DNA of 64,000 bases from Tubulanus polymorphus (lineage: Eukaryota; Animalia; Nemertea). The notes below the pieces were generated by a model. The model was not told the DNA's origin. It searched no databases and saw nothing but the letters and a program-made list of their open reading frames with translations. The stretch is from positions 10,914,088 to 10,978,087 of the forward strand of contig NC_134031.1 in NCBI RefSeq assembly GCF_964204645.1, written 5' to 3'. The position numbers were made by a program, and so were the translations under genes. Positions 36,207-49,970 of this stretch are shown here, piece after piece; the first letter of the stretch is position 1; every line of letters starts with the position of its first letter.

Positions 36207-37055
36207 GGTCCTCCTTATTACCGAGTTGACAGGAAATATAGCATATTTATTTATTCCTTATCGGTTTTAACACTTGAAATCATATTATATCTGTAATACG
36301 GGATATCGACAAATTCAAGTTCTTTAATTACTCGTTTGATGGCGCTAGTCAGAACCGGAATTGGAACATAAATCCGCCATGTTCTAGTTCATTTGCAATA
36401 AAAATCTCTCGCTTCAAGTTTTTAGTTAGTGATATTTTACTTACTATATATCGTCACGCGTAATCCTTTGAGTATGATATCCTGACAATCTGTAAACGAT
36501 AAAGATTACTAGAAATGTAAAAAAAACTACCAAAAATAAATTTAGCGATGACGCTCGAAGCATATAATGGAAGTAATGACTGGTGCCGGGTGTCATCACT
36601 TTGTTGTTGAGTTCAAGACTCTAAGGTTAATTTATTGCAGGCAACACTGATAAACACTGATAAATATGAAATAATATTATGAAATAAAATTGATTTTAGA
36701 AGGACTAAACTCGTAGATTCATAATAAAAATATGAAATGCACCAGGACTCGAACCAACAATCGAAATTGGGCCGTCAAGTGCTGCCACCATGTGATACCT
36801 GGCAACCAGTCATTACATCGTCAGCCGTTGCAAAATGTTTTTTGATAATTTTAGGACATTTATAGTGATTTCTAGCCTTTGCAGTGAGGTTTTATCATAT
36901 CCAACGTAGCGGTAGGATAACATATTTCAAGGTATTTAATACTGATATAACATGATTTCAAGTGTTAAAATCAATAAGGAATAAGTAAATACGTTATATT
37001 TCATGTCATCTAGGTTGATCTCGGTAAAAACGTCATCTCGGTAATAAGGAGGACC
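36207..37055. mobile_element. Second copy of the same MITE, interrupted by a truncated CGGG-terminus MITE (~36299-36920)
   Basis: GGTCCTCCTTATTACCGAG TIRs, CGCATGAAC flanks; the insert matches 55177-55945 inverted. Confidence 0.72.
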
Positions 37056-37334
37056 CGCATGAACAAACACTTACATGCAATTTTTTTAGAAAATAAAGCA
37101 ATACGATTATGAAGCATAAAATATATTTTGATGAAATCAAATATAACATATAAGATAAGATATTTCATAGGCAACAGCGCTGAGGCAGCGTGGCGTGTTG
37201 CGAGAAGAACATGCCTCAACACGAGGTCTAGTTTTAGTTTTCCAGGAAACCAGGTAGGCCTACTTGGCACTTGGCCAGGGATATCAATACATTATCACAC
37301 TCGCGTTGAGGCTGACGATCATCGCTACATATCA

Positions 37335-40300
37335 CTTTTTAGCCCACTTGTTGGGACTTCAGTCCCAGCGGGCTATTGCGTTCACTTTTCATCCATCTGT
37401 CCTTTCATCCGTTGGCGTTATAGTGTCCGTCCGTAGACGGAATCCAGTTATTTTGGGTAGTTTTGAAGACGCTTCAAGGTCATGTCTTGATATTTGGTTC
37501 ATACATGTATCTACTCTAGACACATCTTCAGCCCAAAAACTGGCCCTTTCAGATTCAAGATGGCCGACTGGCAGCCATTGTTGTTTGCCAAAATTAGCAC
37601 TTTTTACACGTTTTTGAACTTTTTGAGGGAAATTTAGAAGACGCTTTGATCAATTACCTTGATCTTTCGTATATATGTGAATCCCCCAAGGGCCCATCAT
37701 AAGAAGAATTGGGTTGATCAGACTCAAGATGGCCGTACTATGACCTTTTTAGTGCTCAAAAATGTAAATTTTTGCCCGAATTCTTTAGTCCTTTAGTTTC
37801 CTACTGGTTTGCCATTTTTCATTGCAATTTGTGATGGGTATTCTTTGAAAAGAGATCTTTTATACCCGAGACAGGTATTTTTGATCAGGCAATTATGACG
37901 CAATTGGCGGCCATCTTGGTGTCATCAGTACTCATTCATTGATGGAAAAAAGTTTTCCCACATTATATTGATACTTAAGCATATTTTGTTACCACAATCG
38001 ATTGCAAAGTTGTAGCTCATGACATGTTCTATAATTGTGATGAGTTTCAAGCCCATCAGTTTTTAGCCCACTTGGGACTTTAGTCCCAGCGGGCTATTGC
38101 GTTCACTTTTCGTCCGTCGTTCGTCCGTCCGTCCGTAGACGGAATCCAGTTATTTTGGGAAGTTTTGAAGACGCTTCAAGGTAATGTCTTGATATTTGGG
38201 TTAGGCCTACACATGTATCTACCCTAGACACATCTTCAGCCCAAAAACTGGCCCTGTCAGATTCAAAATGGCCGACTGGCAGTCATTGTTGTTCGCCAAA
38301 ATCAGCACTTTTTACACATTTTTTGAGGGAAATTTTGAAGACGCTTTGATCAATTACCTTGATCTTTTGGATTTATATGAATCCCCACAGGGCCCATCAG
38401 CATAACAAAAATTGGGTCGATCGGACTTAAGATGGCCGTCCTGTGACCTTTTTAGTGCCCAAAAATGTTAATTTTGGACCGAATTCTGAGTCCTGTAGCT
38501 TCCTACTGGTTTACCATTTCTCATTGCAATTTGTGATGGGTATTCTTTGGAAAGGGATGTTTTATACCTGAGACGGGTATTTTTCATCAGCCAATTATGA
38601 CCAGCAATTGCGGCCATCTTTGTGTCACCAGTACTCATTCGTAAGTGGGAAAAAGTTTTTCCACATTATATTGATACCTAAGCGTATTTTGTCACCACAA
38701 TCATTTAGAAAGTTGTAGCTCATAACGTGTTCTATGATTGTGGTGAGTTTCAAGGTCATTGGATTTTGTATATGGCCACCAGGGGGCGTTGAATAATGCA
38801 ATATCTTAGCATTTCTATATTATATTCGTACCTATGCATATTTTGTAACCACAATCAATTGGAAAGTTGTAGCTGATGACATCATCTATAATTGTTGCGA
38901 GTTTTAAGGACATTAGTTATTCTATATGGTCACCAGGGGGCGTTGAATAGTAGAATAACTTAATATTTCCTTATTATATTGGTACCTAGGCATATTTTGT
39001 TACCATGATCAATTGCAAAGTTGTAGTTCATGACATGTTCTATGATTTTGGTAAGTTTCGAGGTCATTTGATTTGAATATGGTCACCAGGGGGCGTTTAA
39101 TAGTAGAATAACTTAGTATTTCCATATTAAATTGGAAACCAGGCATAGTTTGTTATCACAATCGATTACAAAATCGTAGCTGCTGACATGTTCTATGATT
39201 GTGATGAGTTTCAAGTTCATTGGTTTTTGTATATGGTCACCAGGGGGCGTTGAATAATGCAATATCTTAGCATTTCTATATTATATTCGTACCTATGCAT
39301 ATTTTGTAACCACAATCAATTGGAAAGTTGTAGCTGATGACATCATCTATAATTGTTGCGAGTTTTAAGGACATTAGTTATTCTATATGGTCACCAGGGG
39401 GCGTTGAATAGTAGAATAACTTAATATTTCCTTATTATATTGGTACCTAGGCATATTTTGTTACCATGATCAATTGCAAAGTTGTAGTTCATGACATGTT
39501 CTATGATTTTGGTAAGTTTCGAGGTCATTTGATTTGAATATGGTCACAAGGGGGCGTTTAATAGTAGAATAACTTAGTATTTCCATATTAAATTGGAAAC
39601 CAGGCATAGTTTGTTATCACAATCAATTACAAAATCGTAGCTGCTGACATGTTCTATGATTGTGATGAGTTTCAAGTTCATTGGTTTTTGTATATGGTCA
39701 CCAGGGGGCGTTGAATATTGAAATTGTTAAATTGTTAGATTGTTGAGCATTTGGAACCACTTCCCAAGTGGGCATGGTGTCCCTGGACCCCTAGTTGTAT
39801 ATGGCCATCAGACCACAATAACTTAGTATTTCTATATTATATTCATATGTATGCATATTTTGCTACCAGAATCGATTGGAAAGTTGTAGCTCATGACACG
39901 GTCTCTGATTGTGGTAAGTTTCAAGGACATAAAATTATTCTATATGGTCACTAGGGGGCGATGAATAGTAGAATAACTTAGTATTTCCTTATTATATTGG
40001 TACCTAGGCATATTTTGTTACCATGATCAATTGCAAATTTGTAGCTCATGACATGTTCTATGATGATGGTGAGTGTCAATGTCATTGGGCTTCGCGTATG
40101 GTCACCAGGGGGCATTAAATAGTAGAATAACTTAGTATTTCCGTATCGTATTGGTACCTAGGCATATTTTGTTACCACAATCAATTACAAAATTGTAGCT
40201 GTTGACATGTGCTATGATTGTGGTGAGTTTCAAGGTCATTAGATTTTTTCAAGGTCATTGGATGGGGCGTTGAATATTGAAATTGTTAGATTGAGCATCT

Positions 40301-40343
40301 GAAACCACTTCCCAAGTGGGCATGGTGTCCCTGGACCCCTAGT
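37335..40343 (+). mobile_element. Tandem HINE family A copies carrying a ~154-bp satellite array
   Basis: TTTTTAGCCCACTTGGGA start, (CGTC)n, subterminal TCCCAAGTGGGC, 3' stem-loop then CTAGTT. Starts at ~37335 and ~38060, ends at ~39797 and ~40343. Confidence 0.8.
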
Positions 40344-41071
40344 TTGATGTGTTACCTTTACTGTTTAATCTCAGCTCAAAGAAAACCCTACTAGATATAT
40401 ATGACACAATATCAATGATGCAGTCAACAAAAATGTATATAAACTTCATTTGCGCATACATTTATTGATGATCCACAGACGCCAAACGAACATTATTGAT
40501 CAGTGGCACGTGCCATATGCAGGGTGAGCTCTCGTAGATACTGAAAAGGCTCCAGACACTGAGCTGCCAATCATTCTTGTGACCGCCGTTATCTTAAAAG
40601 TTGGCTAAGTCCAAGTACTAGAACAATTCACGCATCTGATTTCACAACTTAGTAGGTACATCGTGATTTAGCTTCCCGTAAATACGACAACGAAAAAAAT
40701 TTAAGAAGGGCAGTATAACCATCAGGCAGGGCGCTGAGTTTTTAGCATGGTGGCATATAATTTTAGCAGGGCGGCTGGCCCTGCTAAAACAGCCCGTGGA
40801 GAACACTGATACGTTTAAAAGATAATGGCCTCTGACTCCACACATGGCGACCTCACAAAATACTGAAGAAACTTCGTTTTTCAATCTAAAATCAAAACAT
40901 TTATTTTATACGACACTTACTAGTGATATAACAGTTATATATCCTATTATTCCATCCGACTGTGAGACACTATGAATTTTTGAAACGTCTTGAGTAATAT
41001 AAAAGAAAAGGTAGTTGACGAAGCATGAACGTATTGGAAAAACTTTACAGGCGTTGAGATGGCAACACTGA

Positions 41072-41369
41072 AGTCTATTTTTTTTTGATTGTCCACCATC
41101 TTCATGGGATATTTCGCTTAATTTTGGGTGTGCATGCCTCAAATAGGCCTAGGTCTTAATCAAATCAGTAGGGTGGTGCAGTCCAGATAAATCATCGTTT
41201 TTATATCCATTTTGTACCGAAGTCTATTTTTTTTTTATTGTCCACCATCTTCATGGGATATTTCGCTTAATTTTGGGTGTGCATGCCTCAAATAGGCCTA
41301 GGTCTTAATCAAATCAGTAGGGTGGTGCAGTCCAGATAAATCATCGTTTTTATATCCATTTTGTACCGA
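41072..41369. repeat. 149-bp tandem duplication
   Basis: 41072-41220 is repeated at 41221-41369. Confidence 0.85.
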
Positions 41370-41444
41370 GTTGAAATATTGATGAATATTTTTGAAAATT
41401 GAGCTTTAAATCGGTAAGAAAGACTTGAAATCATCAGTCAGAGA

Positions 41445-41756
41445 TCACCAGGGGGCGTTGAATAGTAGGATAACTTAGTATTTCCTTATTATATTGGTAC
41501 CTAGGCATATTTTGTTCATGATCAATATTGTTGAAGTTCATAAGTTCAGTATTTCCATATTAAATTGGTAACGAGGCATATTTTGTTATCACAATCAATT
41601 ACAAAATCGTAGTAGTATGTTCTATGATTGTGGTGAGTTTCAAGGTCATTGGTTTTTGTATATGGTCACCAGGGGACGTTGAATATTGAAATTGTTAGAT
41701 TATTGAGCATTTGAAACCACTTCCCAAGTGGGCATGATGTCTCTGGACCCCTAGTT
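41445..41756 (+). mobile_element. 3' fragment of HINE family A
   Basis: Satellite units plus TCCCAAGTGGGC..CTAGTT end. Confidence 0.75.
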
Positions 41757-42362
41757 GTACAGGTATTTGCGTTGAATAGCACCTGGCCTCCCATTCCTAT
41801 AATCCTATTAGTGACAGTAACTTTAACTGACTGGAAAATGCATTTAAATGCTTAAGTGTTCAGAATTCCTAGACTAACCACACCCCCATCAGTATATCTG
41901 TCTGTGGTTTAATTTCATAACCAGATATCATAACAAAGCCTATCCAATTATAAATGTTCACCACCAACATCATAAACTATGCATACATCGGCATGAGAAG
42001 CATAAATCAGCATCAGAGAACTGTGCCATGCATTATTTTGATATTGTGTATGTAACCTAAGTTGGTCAGTAAATCACTGTAGTACAGTACTTAGCTGTTG
42101 ATGGCAAACACCTTTTTAACCAAATTTTAACCCTGGCTTAAAATGAATATTGCAACTTCCTCAGATCAACAATCTTTTTAAAACATGTAACTTAACGGGA
42201 AAAATTTGAGTTCAGCAACGATGAGTGGGTACATTAATTGCAGCCTTCAACGCAGTATTTTATTGTATAGATGATATTGTTGAACATTTCATGAAGTAGG
42301 GATGGTGTAGCTGAACCCCTAAAATTCATCACTACTATTACATGTAATTTTGTTTCAGGGAA

Positions 42363-42418
42363 ATGATTGAGGTCACTTGTAATGATCGATTGGGAAAAAA
42401 AGTAAGAGTCAAATGCAA
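42363..42418 (+). CDS. UBL5: Ubiquitin-like protein 5 (Hub1), first coding exon
   Basis: MIEVTCNDRLGKKVRVKC(N), preceded by a TTTCAG acceptor and followed by U12 donor GTATCCTTT. Confidence 0.95.
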
Positions 42419-42604
42419 GTATCCTTTTAAATAGTACAATATAGAAAGATAAGTTTTGGGCGTATGCGCCTGCTGCCAAATAAGTACAATTTTGTTGTAT
42501 TTCACGATGTCCATTAGCTTAAAAAGATTGAAACCCACTATCTACAGATTAAAAGAATTTAAAATCAAGAATTTATTAATTCGAACAATTTGAAATATAT
42601 AATA

Positions 42605-42648
42605 AACACGACGTTTCGATCTCACCCTAGAGATCATCGTCAGGTGTG
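42605..42648 (-). ncRNA. Canonical-core minimal type I hammerhead ribozyme
   Basis: acac-CTGACGA-T-gatctc(tagggt)gagatc-GAAACGTC-gtgt. Confidence 0.75.
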
Positions 42649-42898
42649 AGGATGGACTAAAAACAGGGGTATATATACTTAGGAGAACAGGTTAATTGAG
42701 AATACATGTTTGTCTTATTTTTACCAGCCAACAGGCTTCCAAAATTCATCCGTTCAATGTTTATGTTTGATGATTTTCAGATATTTGTCTTTTTCGACAT
42801 TTTTCAATGAGTTTAATTATATGAATAGAATATATTTAACGGATATGAGCTTCCTTGTTTTCTTTAGAAATCCAAATTCAAAACGAACCAGTTATCTG

Positions 42899-44082
42899 AA
42901 ACAAGAAAATTAATTTTAGAAAATTATTTGACGCCTGCGAAAAAAATGTATAATTTCTGGGCTAAGCTAATGTGGAATTGCAAATTTGAAATCGAAGTTT
43001 TAAGAAATTTGGGGAATGATGAGATTTGGCGATTGGGTAGATGATACAGGTCTTCGACTCTAGTAGTAGTTTAAATTTTTTTTAATGAAAATTCTCAATA
43101 ATTGATCGCGAACTTGCGACCGACTTCATTTACTTATGCCTCTAAGCTGGTCTGCAACTTCATAGCCTCCATGGTTGAAGAGAGAGCTCTTCTGATGTCT
43201 GCTTCATCATGACTTCGAGCATATCGTGTGGCCTAGCCAGCCGGCCCGGGCCACGGGTTTGGCTGTCACTCGATATCCTAGAGTCTTGAGTCTGGGTGGG
43301 TTGAAGTAGACATTGTCATTTAAAATAACATGCTTATGTTGTTCTGTATGAATTACCCGTGTGTCATGTATGTTGTATTAATTTATTTTAAAATTTGTAT
43401 TTATTGAATTTGGGAATTTTATCCCGAAATTTCAATGTAATAAGGATCAATAAAGAATTGAATTGAATTGTCACCTAATACACATGCCATCAGAGGACGC
43501 GGAGCCGTATATGATTGCTATGCTATTATAAATTGCTAATCTCACGAAACCTGCATACTCCTAATATCAAACATATTTTCTAAAACGTTTGAATATTGAA
43601 ATTATATGTTTACACATTTTCATATTGACCGCTTTTAGCCGCTGATGAAATTCACGCCGGCCCTACACACATCGTAGATAGCTTCGTCATTCCACCGGCA
43701 TGCCCACGTCAGGGTCTGACTTTTATATCAGACTTCCAAATCGTGTATACATCCGCCATTTAACCGAATAATCCGATTTACTTATCATTTCTATTTATGC
43801 CTGCCCCTTCTGATATAATCATACATCCTTTACTATTACAATACGTCTTCTAATGATATTCAATGCAATATAACATTTCGACGTTCAAATATAGGTCATT
43901 ATATAATCACAGGAAGCCATTCTACATCTATGTCAATAATATTTTGCCAGATAGCTTGTTTGTGTACACATAGACCTGTGACGTTTTGCACATCGATTTA
44001 CGGCTGTCGTTTGTAAAATGACGCTGAATGGTTAACATTGTTTAGGTTTCATAATGGTAACGTTTTATAAGGCGTCAAAAAA
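42899..44082 (-). mobile_element. HINE family B, intact copy (empty site for element 2)
   Basis: Equals 5953-6980 plus 24664-24817, with a single TACATC at 43923-43928. Confidence 0.85.
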
Positions 44083-45518
44083 GTCTGCACAATATGATTC
44101 CTCACAGCATTGCCAATATCTCGTCCTTCATGCGGCTCCAACCAAATTGGAATTTATTGTTGTGGCTCATATTCCATGTCGGGTTCTCCAAATTCTATAG
44201 CTAGATTATGTAACACAAAGCACGCCGCAATTGCATGACAACAACATTTTGGTTTCAATTGCAGTTCACCATGAAGAACCTGAAAATTATGTATAGAAGA
44301 ATTAGTATCCTATTTCTCTATAGTTGATTTGATTGTTTGATAGATTCTCAATCAGTTAATCAGCTGCAATTAATTGTTTATCCCCTTGAAGTATGTATCC
44401 GTGTTTTTAAAGAGTATGGAAAATCGCGATTTAATCGATGCATCCTAAAAACCTAAAAGAAATGTAGTTCTTGAATAGTGGAAGTTGAATTCTAGTCATA
44501 GTTGCTTCCCAGCAATTGGGTAATTTGATAATTACCAATAAACGTTTTTTCAATTCCCCAAAAGCCATTTCAATTCGTACTCTTGATGATATATGCGCTC
44601 GGTTGTAACGCTCCAGTCCTAGATTACTTGGCCGCAAATAATGTGTCATTAGGTATGATGAGCAACCGTAGCCACTATCACCAATAATCAATCCGTCTTC
44701 AAGGGTTCTGTAATTATCTTCTCAATATCTTCAATACAATTTTCAGACAATATATATGAATTAATTCAGACAATATGAATTTAAACTAGGTACCAATTTT
44801 TTATCTCTTGAGTGCCGAGTTGCAGAAAATATGTCAGTCATGGTCATGGCAGGAGCCTGGTCACTTTGCTACAACATTGATTAATTTACCTATTTAAAAG
44901 AAAGTTGATTTACTGATAAACTCGATACTGACAGAATAAACCAACAAACAAGAAGCAAAACTTACCTGTATGGTCCAATACTGCCTGGGTATTTATTGAA
45001 TGAAATCCTTTTCTATTGACATATGCATTTTCATTCTCTTGCGGGCCCTTGATACGAATCTGCGTACAATCAATTGCACCTAACCAATACAATCAGGAAA
45101 ACCTCCAAAATCGTAGAAACCTTGTAGTATTCGATTTTTATCCTGATCTGTGGTCAGACTATATATTCGTTACTTTTCCTGGCAAGCGCCTCTGATACTC
45201 TATGGACACATTTCCAAACAGTTGATTTAACAAGACCAAATGTATCACCCAGTGCTTCCAAATAACTACCCGTTGCGTAATATCGGAGAGCAACCTTCAC
45301 TTGTAACTCAGCAGAAAGTGCTTTGGAACGTTATGTATCATACGTTATATCTTCTCGAATTAAATCTGATATACGTGTGATATTTTCGGGACTTAATCTA
45401 TTCTTCTGTCTCACTTCATTTTCTGAATAATCATTAATTGCAAATTTAACTGTTTCGTGATATCGATATCGGTGTGTCTGTAAATTCGTTCTTGATAGAT
45501 ATAAAAAATGGCAGCCAT
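44083..45518 (-). pseudogene. PIF/Harbinger (HARBI1-like) transposase, intron-containing, degenerate
   Basis: ALRYYATG, GAIDCTQI..YVNRKGFHSINTQ, GDSGY, RIEMAFGELKKR and VLHN motifs. The last codons (FR*) lie beyond the HINE at 42892-42900. Confidence 0.88.
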
Positions 45519-45821
45519 TTTGATGATTTATCCTGGTGATAGTGTTGCTATCACCACGTTGGAGGTGTGGTGACTTTATCACTGGGATAGCTGATTTTAT
45601 CCCGGTGATAAAGTTAACACAGGTTTGAAGCACGCACTATCCCATTGATGAAAATATTTAACTCCGGGATAGTGATTTATCATCGGGAAAACGCAGTCCC
45701 GGGCAGTTGTTAAAGCAAACAGATCTGCATAATTTAAAGAGTAGTAGAATGAACAATGTAATATGTTTTAATTGATATTATAGAAAAACTTTACCTCGAG
45801 AACGCAGGACCTTTGGTCCTC

Positions 45822-46490
45822 CAGAGCTGCCAACCCATACAGTTTCTCCGTATTTTCATACGGCAGTGGCCTATTGTGTACGGTGTTACGGTCGCTCTCT
45901 ATGTAGTAAGGGTCTTGAATAGAATTCTGAAAATTGATAAAATAATTGACTCAATAGTCAATAGTGGGCCTACAATTAGTAGTGGAACCCTATCAGCTAT
46001 TCATCTTATCAACGTCAGTATTGTTTCATCTTTCAACACCTGTTGGCATGCAGCCAGAGCAGCCTATGCTTTCGTAATACTATAGTCTCACACACAGACA
46101 CACTTCCCTGCTGTAGTAGCAGTGATCAATAGAGAACATATATAGCTATTAATACATGCCCTGTATTGTAACACTACTGAGACGCACCCGGAGAGCTCTG
46201 GCACGCGTCTTATGATTTAATTCAATGATAATAAAAGCTTTAAATTACGAGTAAATTAAGACCTTTATGAATCATAAACTGTAATAAGGGGCTATGAATT
46301 AATAAAGCAATTAGATTTAGAATAAGAACCGCTATCATTAGAACCAAAAACTCCAGAATCTTTGATGATCATAAAAACATCAGCTTTTTTCGTGTCGCGT
46401 TATTCTTGGAAAAATACTGACAACCTCAAGAAAATACTGACAAACTCAAAAAATTGTACTGACAACATCTTTCTGAGGTTGGCAGCTCTG
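45822..46490. mobile_element. hAT-like MITE, 6-bp TSD GTCCTC
   Basis: CAGAGCTGCCAACC/GGTTGGCAGCTCTG TIRs; empty-site-like sequence at ~63105-63138. Confidence 0.8.
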
Positions 46491-48290
46491 GTCCTCTAGT
46501 TAAGAAAAGGGACTGTGGATACGGCTACGATTTAGGAATTACGAAGTACCTATTATCCAATGGAAATTGGAGGGAATAACGATGAAGGAAAAATTGGGAT
46601 CTTTCGTAAAAATTAGGTGGTTATACAAATTAATCGACATCGAATTAAGCGAGTCAACCTCTGAGGCTGTATGCACAATATCCGTATATTCATGTAACAA
46701 AAACAGAATATCGATTTTTAATGCTTTCATTGAATTATGAATTTGATAAGGAAATAATAAGTAGTGAATGTAGCTGTAAAGCAGTGATAATGGGTTTCTG
46801 CCTTGCTGGACGTATCGGCCCCACTCCGCGCGGTTGCGCCACCGCGCGGTATTTACGTGAAGCAGCAGAACACAAACATGGCCACTCTCTCAATTTTCAA
46901 TGATAGAAATCGTGTGTGCATTTCAATTATTTCGGCTGTTAGGGTTTTAAGACACAATATAAGTTGATGATGTGATATGGCGATGTTAATTAATGATAAT
47001 TCCGCAGTGAAGCTAGTCACGAACGGTGCCAATTGAGTGTACAGCTGCAAAAAACACTGAAATGTGCGTAGTTGCGTAACTATTTGCAGTGAATTGCAGA
47101 CGAAACATGAGGCCTTAACGGCCGTTTAAAAGAAAAATTATACCAATCGCAATTGTAAAAATATAGCAGCGATGACGGGTTTTCTGCAAAGCCATTCAGA
47201 ATGATGGGAATATTAGTCAATTGAAATATCGATACATAGAATAAAATGCATTGACAGATTCGAACCTATTATACAACCACTGTGTAAACGTCAAATATGA
47301 TTCAGCTTTGAAACCAAACATACGCGTACGTACAATCAACAAATATTAATTGTGTTTCCTAATAAACGGGAGAGTCACTCTTGATCTGAGTTATTAGAAA
47401 AATAATGTTCATTTAGTTATAGAAATTCATTGCCTTTTTGGAAATTCTGTAATAATATTTGTTCTGTCCTAATTTTTATTACTGTATGAACCAATGATAT
47501 GCTTTGTAAATATGATGTAATAAAATAAATTTGAATTTGAATTAAAATTTGAACATGAGAATCAAGCATTACTTGTGTTTTTTCAACTTGTCTTACTTGT
47601 CTTTTGTTAACAGTTCCAGAGTTTCAATTACGATCAAATCCAAATTGGCTAAAAAGTACATAGGACTAAATCAAATGAACTGTTAGTTACTGCAAACCTA
47701 TTCCAGTGTTATGTCGATCGTGTTGAATCACTTTCCTTGAGTTGAAAGAATCAGATCTTTTATTGCGCAACATCGGTCGAAGAGAGATATTTTGGTGTTG
47801 ACTGTCCTTGACCATCTAACTTCATGCGTTTGACATTGGAATCAGCATCATACCCATTTGAACTGCAAAATATTCACACAACATGAAAACCTACAGTACA
47901 TGTATACAGTAATCAAACTTTCACCGATGTTGGATGTTTGAATGAACGTTTGGCTTATTTCAGTATTCTAAAGCAGGAAATAATAAGCCCAATCAATAGG
48001 CCCTATTCCCATTGGAACAATTGCATAATGCGTACAGCTGTACCGTACACTTATCAGTCAAGAATGGAGAAATCGGTATACCAAACCTACGAACAGCAAA
48101 ATGTACATACCTACAATGATTTCTGGTATACAAGCCATGACCACATGAACGTTTTGGTTTGACTATTAATGTCAGCAGGTCAGAGGAGGCTTGGCCAAAT
48201 TTAATCACATGGCTCAAATCAATTAGCCTTTCTGCCTGTGAATACTTCACTGTATTGTTTTAAAAATAGGCCTATCGAGTGAATTAGTAC

Positions 48291-49340
48291 CAGTGCTTCA
48301 ACTAGCCAAAAATGGAGGGGCGGTCCGCCCCGCCCCCGAAAATAGCCGCCCTTGTGCCCTTCAGATGTGTCCCATGCTCGCCCTTGTGCCCTCATCACTT
48401 GCCGTAGGTCTGCCCTCGAGTCACGAGTAATCAGTCAGGGCTTTCAAAATAGGCTTTCACACCCGACTGTTAGTAAGAATCGTGCGACGGCTATGAAATA
48501 TCTCGTATGATATCAACGATAGTAGCTCATGTGATCAGTGATTATATTTAAATGTCCTGCAGTCAGTGTGCATCGTGTGAAAACGTGCCTCAGACGCGTG
48601 GCCTAGTTTTAGTTTCCAAGAAATTGGCTGCCTTCCAAACTACTGCCAATCATTCTAGCGACTGCCGTTGTAAAGCTGGTAGTGTATATTCGATGGATTG
48701 TTTCGTTTTGAACACATCGTGATGCTCTGGATCTTTGTATCTAGACTATTAGACAAATTTTATATACACAAGGTGAAAAACTTTTTGCAGTGAACTCACA
48801 GAGAGACTTGCAGAGACAATTTAGTTTGAGTGGCCTAATAGCAATATTGTGTTCTTAAGCTGGCTGCCTACCAATTATCAACAGTCACTCGCCAATCACT
48901 AACACTATCAATTTAAATCAATTAATTTGATATTTCTAACATTAAAAAATGCAATTTCATGTAGGCCTATACACTATTGCTGGCTTTTTTTCGCTGTATC
49001 ATTTGCTTTTTGAGATTGCTTTTTTCTGCCATTTTTGTCTGCAACTGGTTTTCCAAATAATTTTGAAAGCCCTATCTGATTATTTTTCTTCATTGACAGA
49101 CATAGGTGTAAGGATGTACTGTGGTCAAGTGTGTCACTCATGGCAAGAGTTAAACATAGTTTCTAGTCCTCAATTGTAGTAGGGGGTACCTCGATTCTAT
49201 GCAATAGGGAACATTGCAGGTTGCCCCTAAAACGGACGTGAGTGCGTTATTATGTGCCCTTGCTCCAATGGAATCACGCATAAAAATGCCCTTATTTGAA
49301 ATCAGCACCCTGCCCTTTTTTAATGCTAGATGAAGCACTG
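48291..49340. mobile_element. CAGTG-terminus non-autonomous DNA transposon, 6-bp TSD TAGTAC
   Basis: TIR CAGTGCTTCA.CTAGC; second copy at 60703-61811. Confidence 0.82.
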
Positions 49341-49749
49341 TAGTACATAGACTGAATTAGACTTTAGGCTAGTCCTGACCAAATCCTATCCATGTTATAA
49401 TGGCACCAGTTATAGTAACATCACTGTAGGGCCGATAAGAGGGAAAAAGTGTGTCTATATAGTACATAGGCATGGTAGGCTTGTCGTACTCACTTAATAC
49501 TTAAAACGCTGTTGTAACCTGTATGTGACTGTACGGTGATTTCTACAGGTTAGCCGTATGTGAGTACGTTGACGCTCAGACTTGCAATATTGGGATTCGA
49601 AACCAAACGAAAAAAAATCCAGTAGTAGTCCAGTGATTTACTCACTGTGCCACAGAACGTAACTGCATGGTGGATGAAATTTGATTTACAAATAGCCTCG
49701 CCTCACCTAACCCAAACTCTATTCTTTCACGCATGCGCGTTTGCAGATT

Positions 49750-49970
49750 ATAGGAACTCACGTACGGCGTTTTTAGGGAACTCACGTACGGTTAACCTGT
49801 GGATATCACCGTACAGTCACGTACGGGTAACAACTTCGTACCAAAATGGTATTGGCTACTAGGAACTCACGTACGGCGTTAGTAGGGAACTCACGTACGG
49901 TTAACCTGTGGAGATCACCGTACAGTCACGTACCGGTAACAACTTCGTACCAAAATGGTATTGGCTACTA
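49750..49970. repeat. ~110-bp tandem duplication
   Basis: TAGGAACTCACGTACGG..ATTGGCTACTA occurs twice. Confidence 0.8.
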
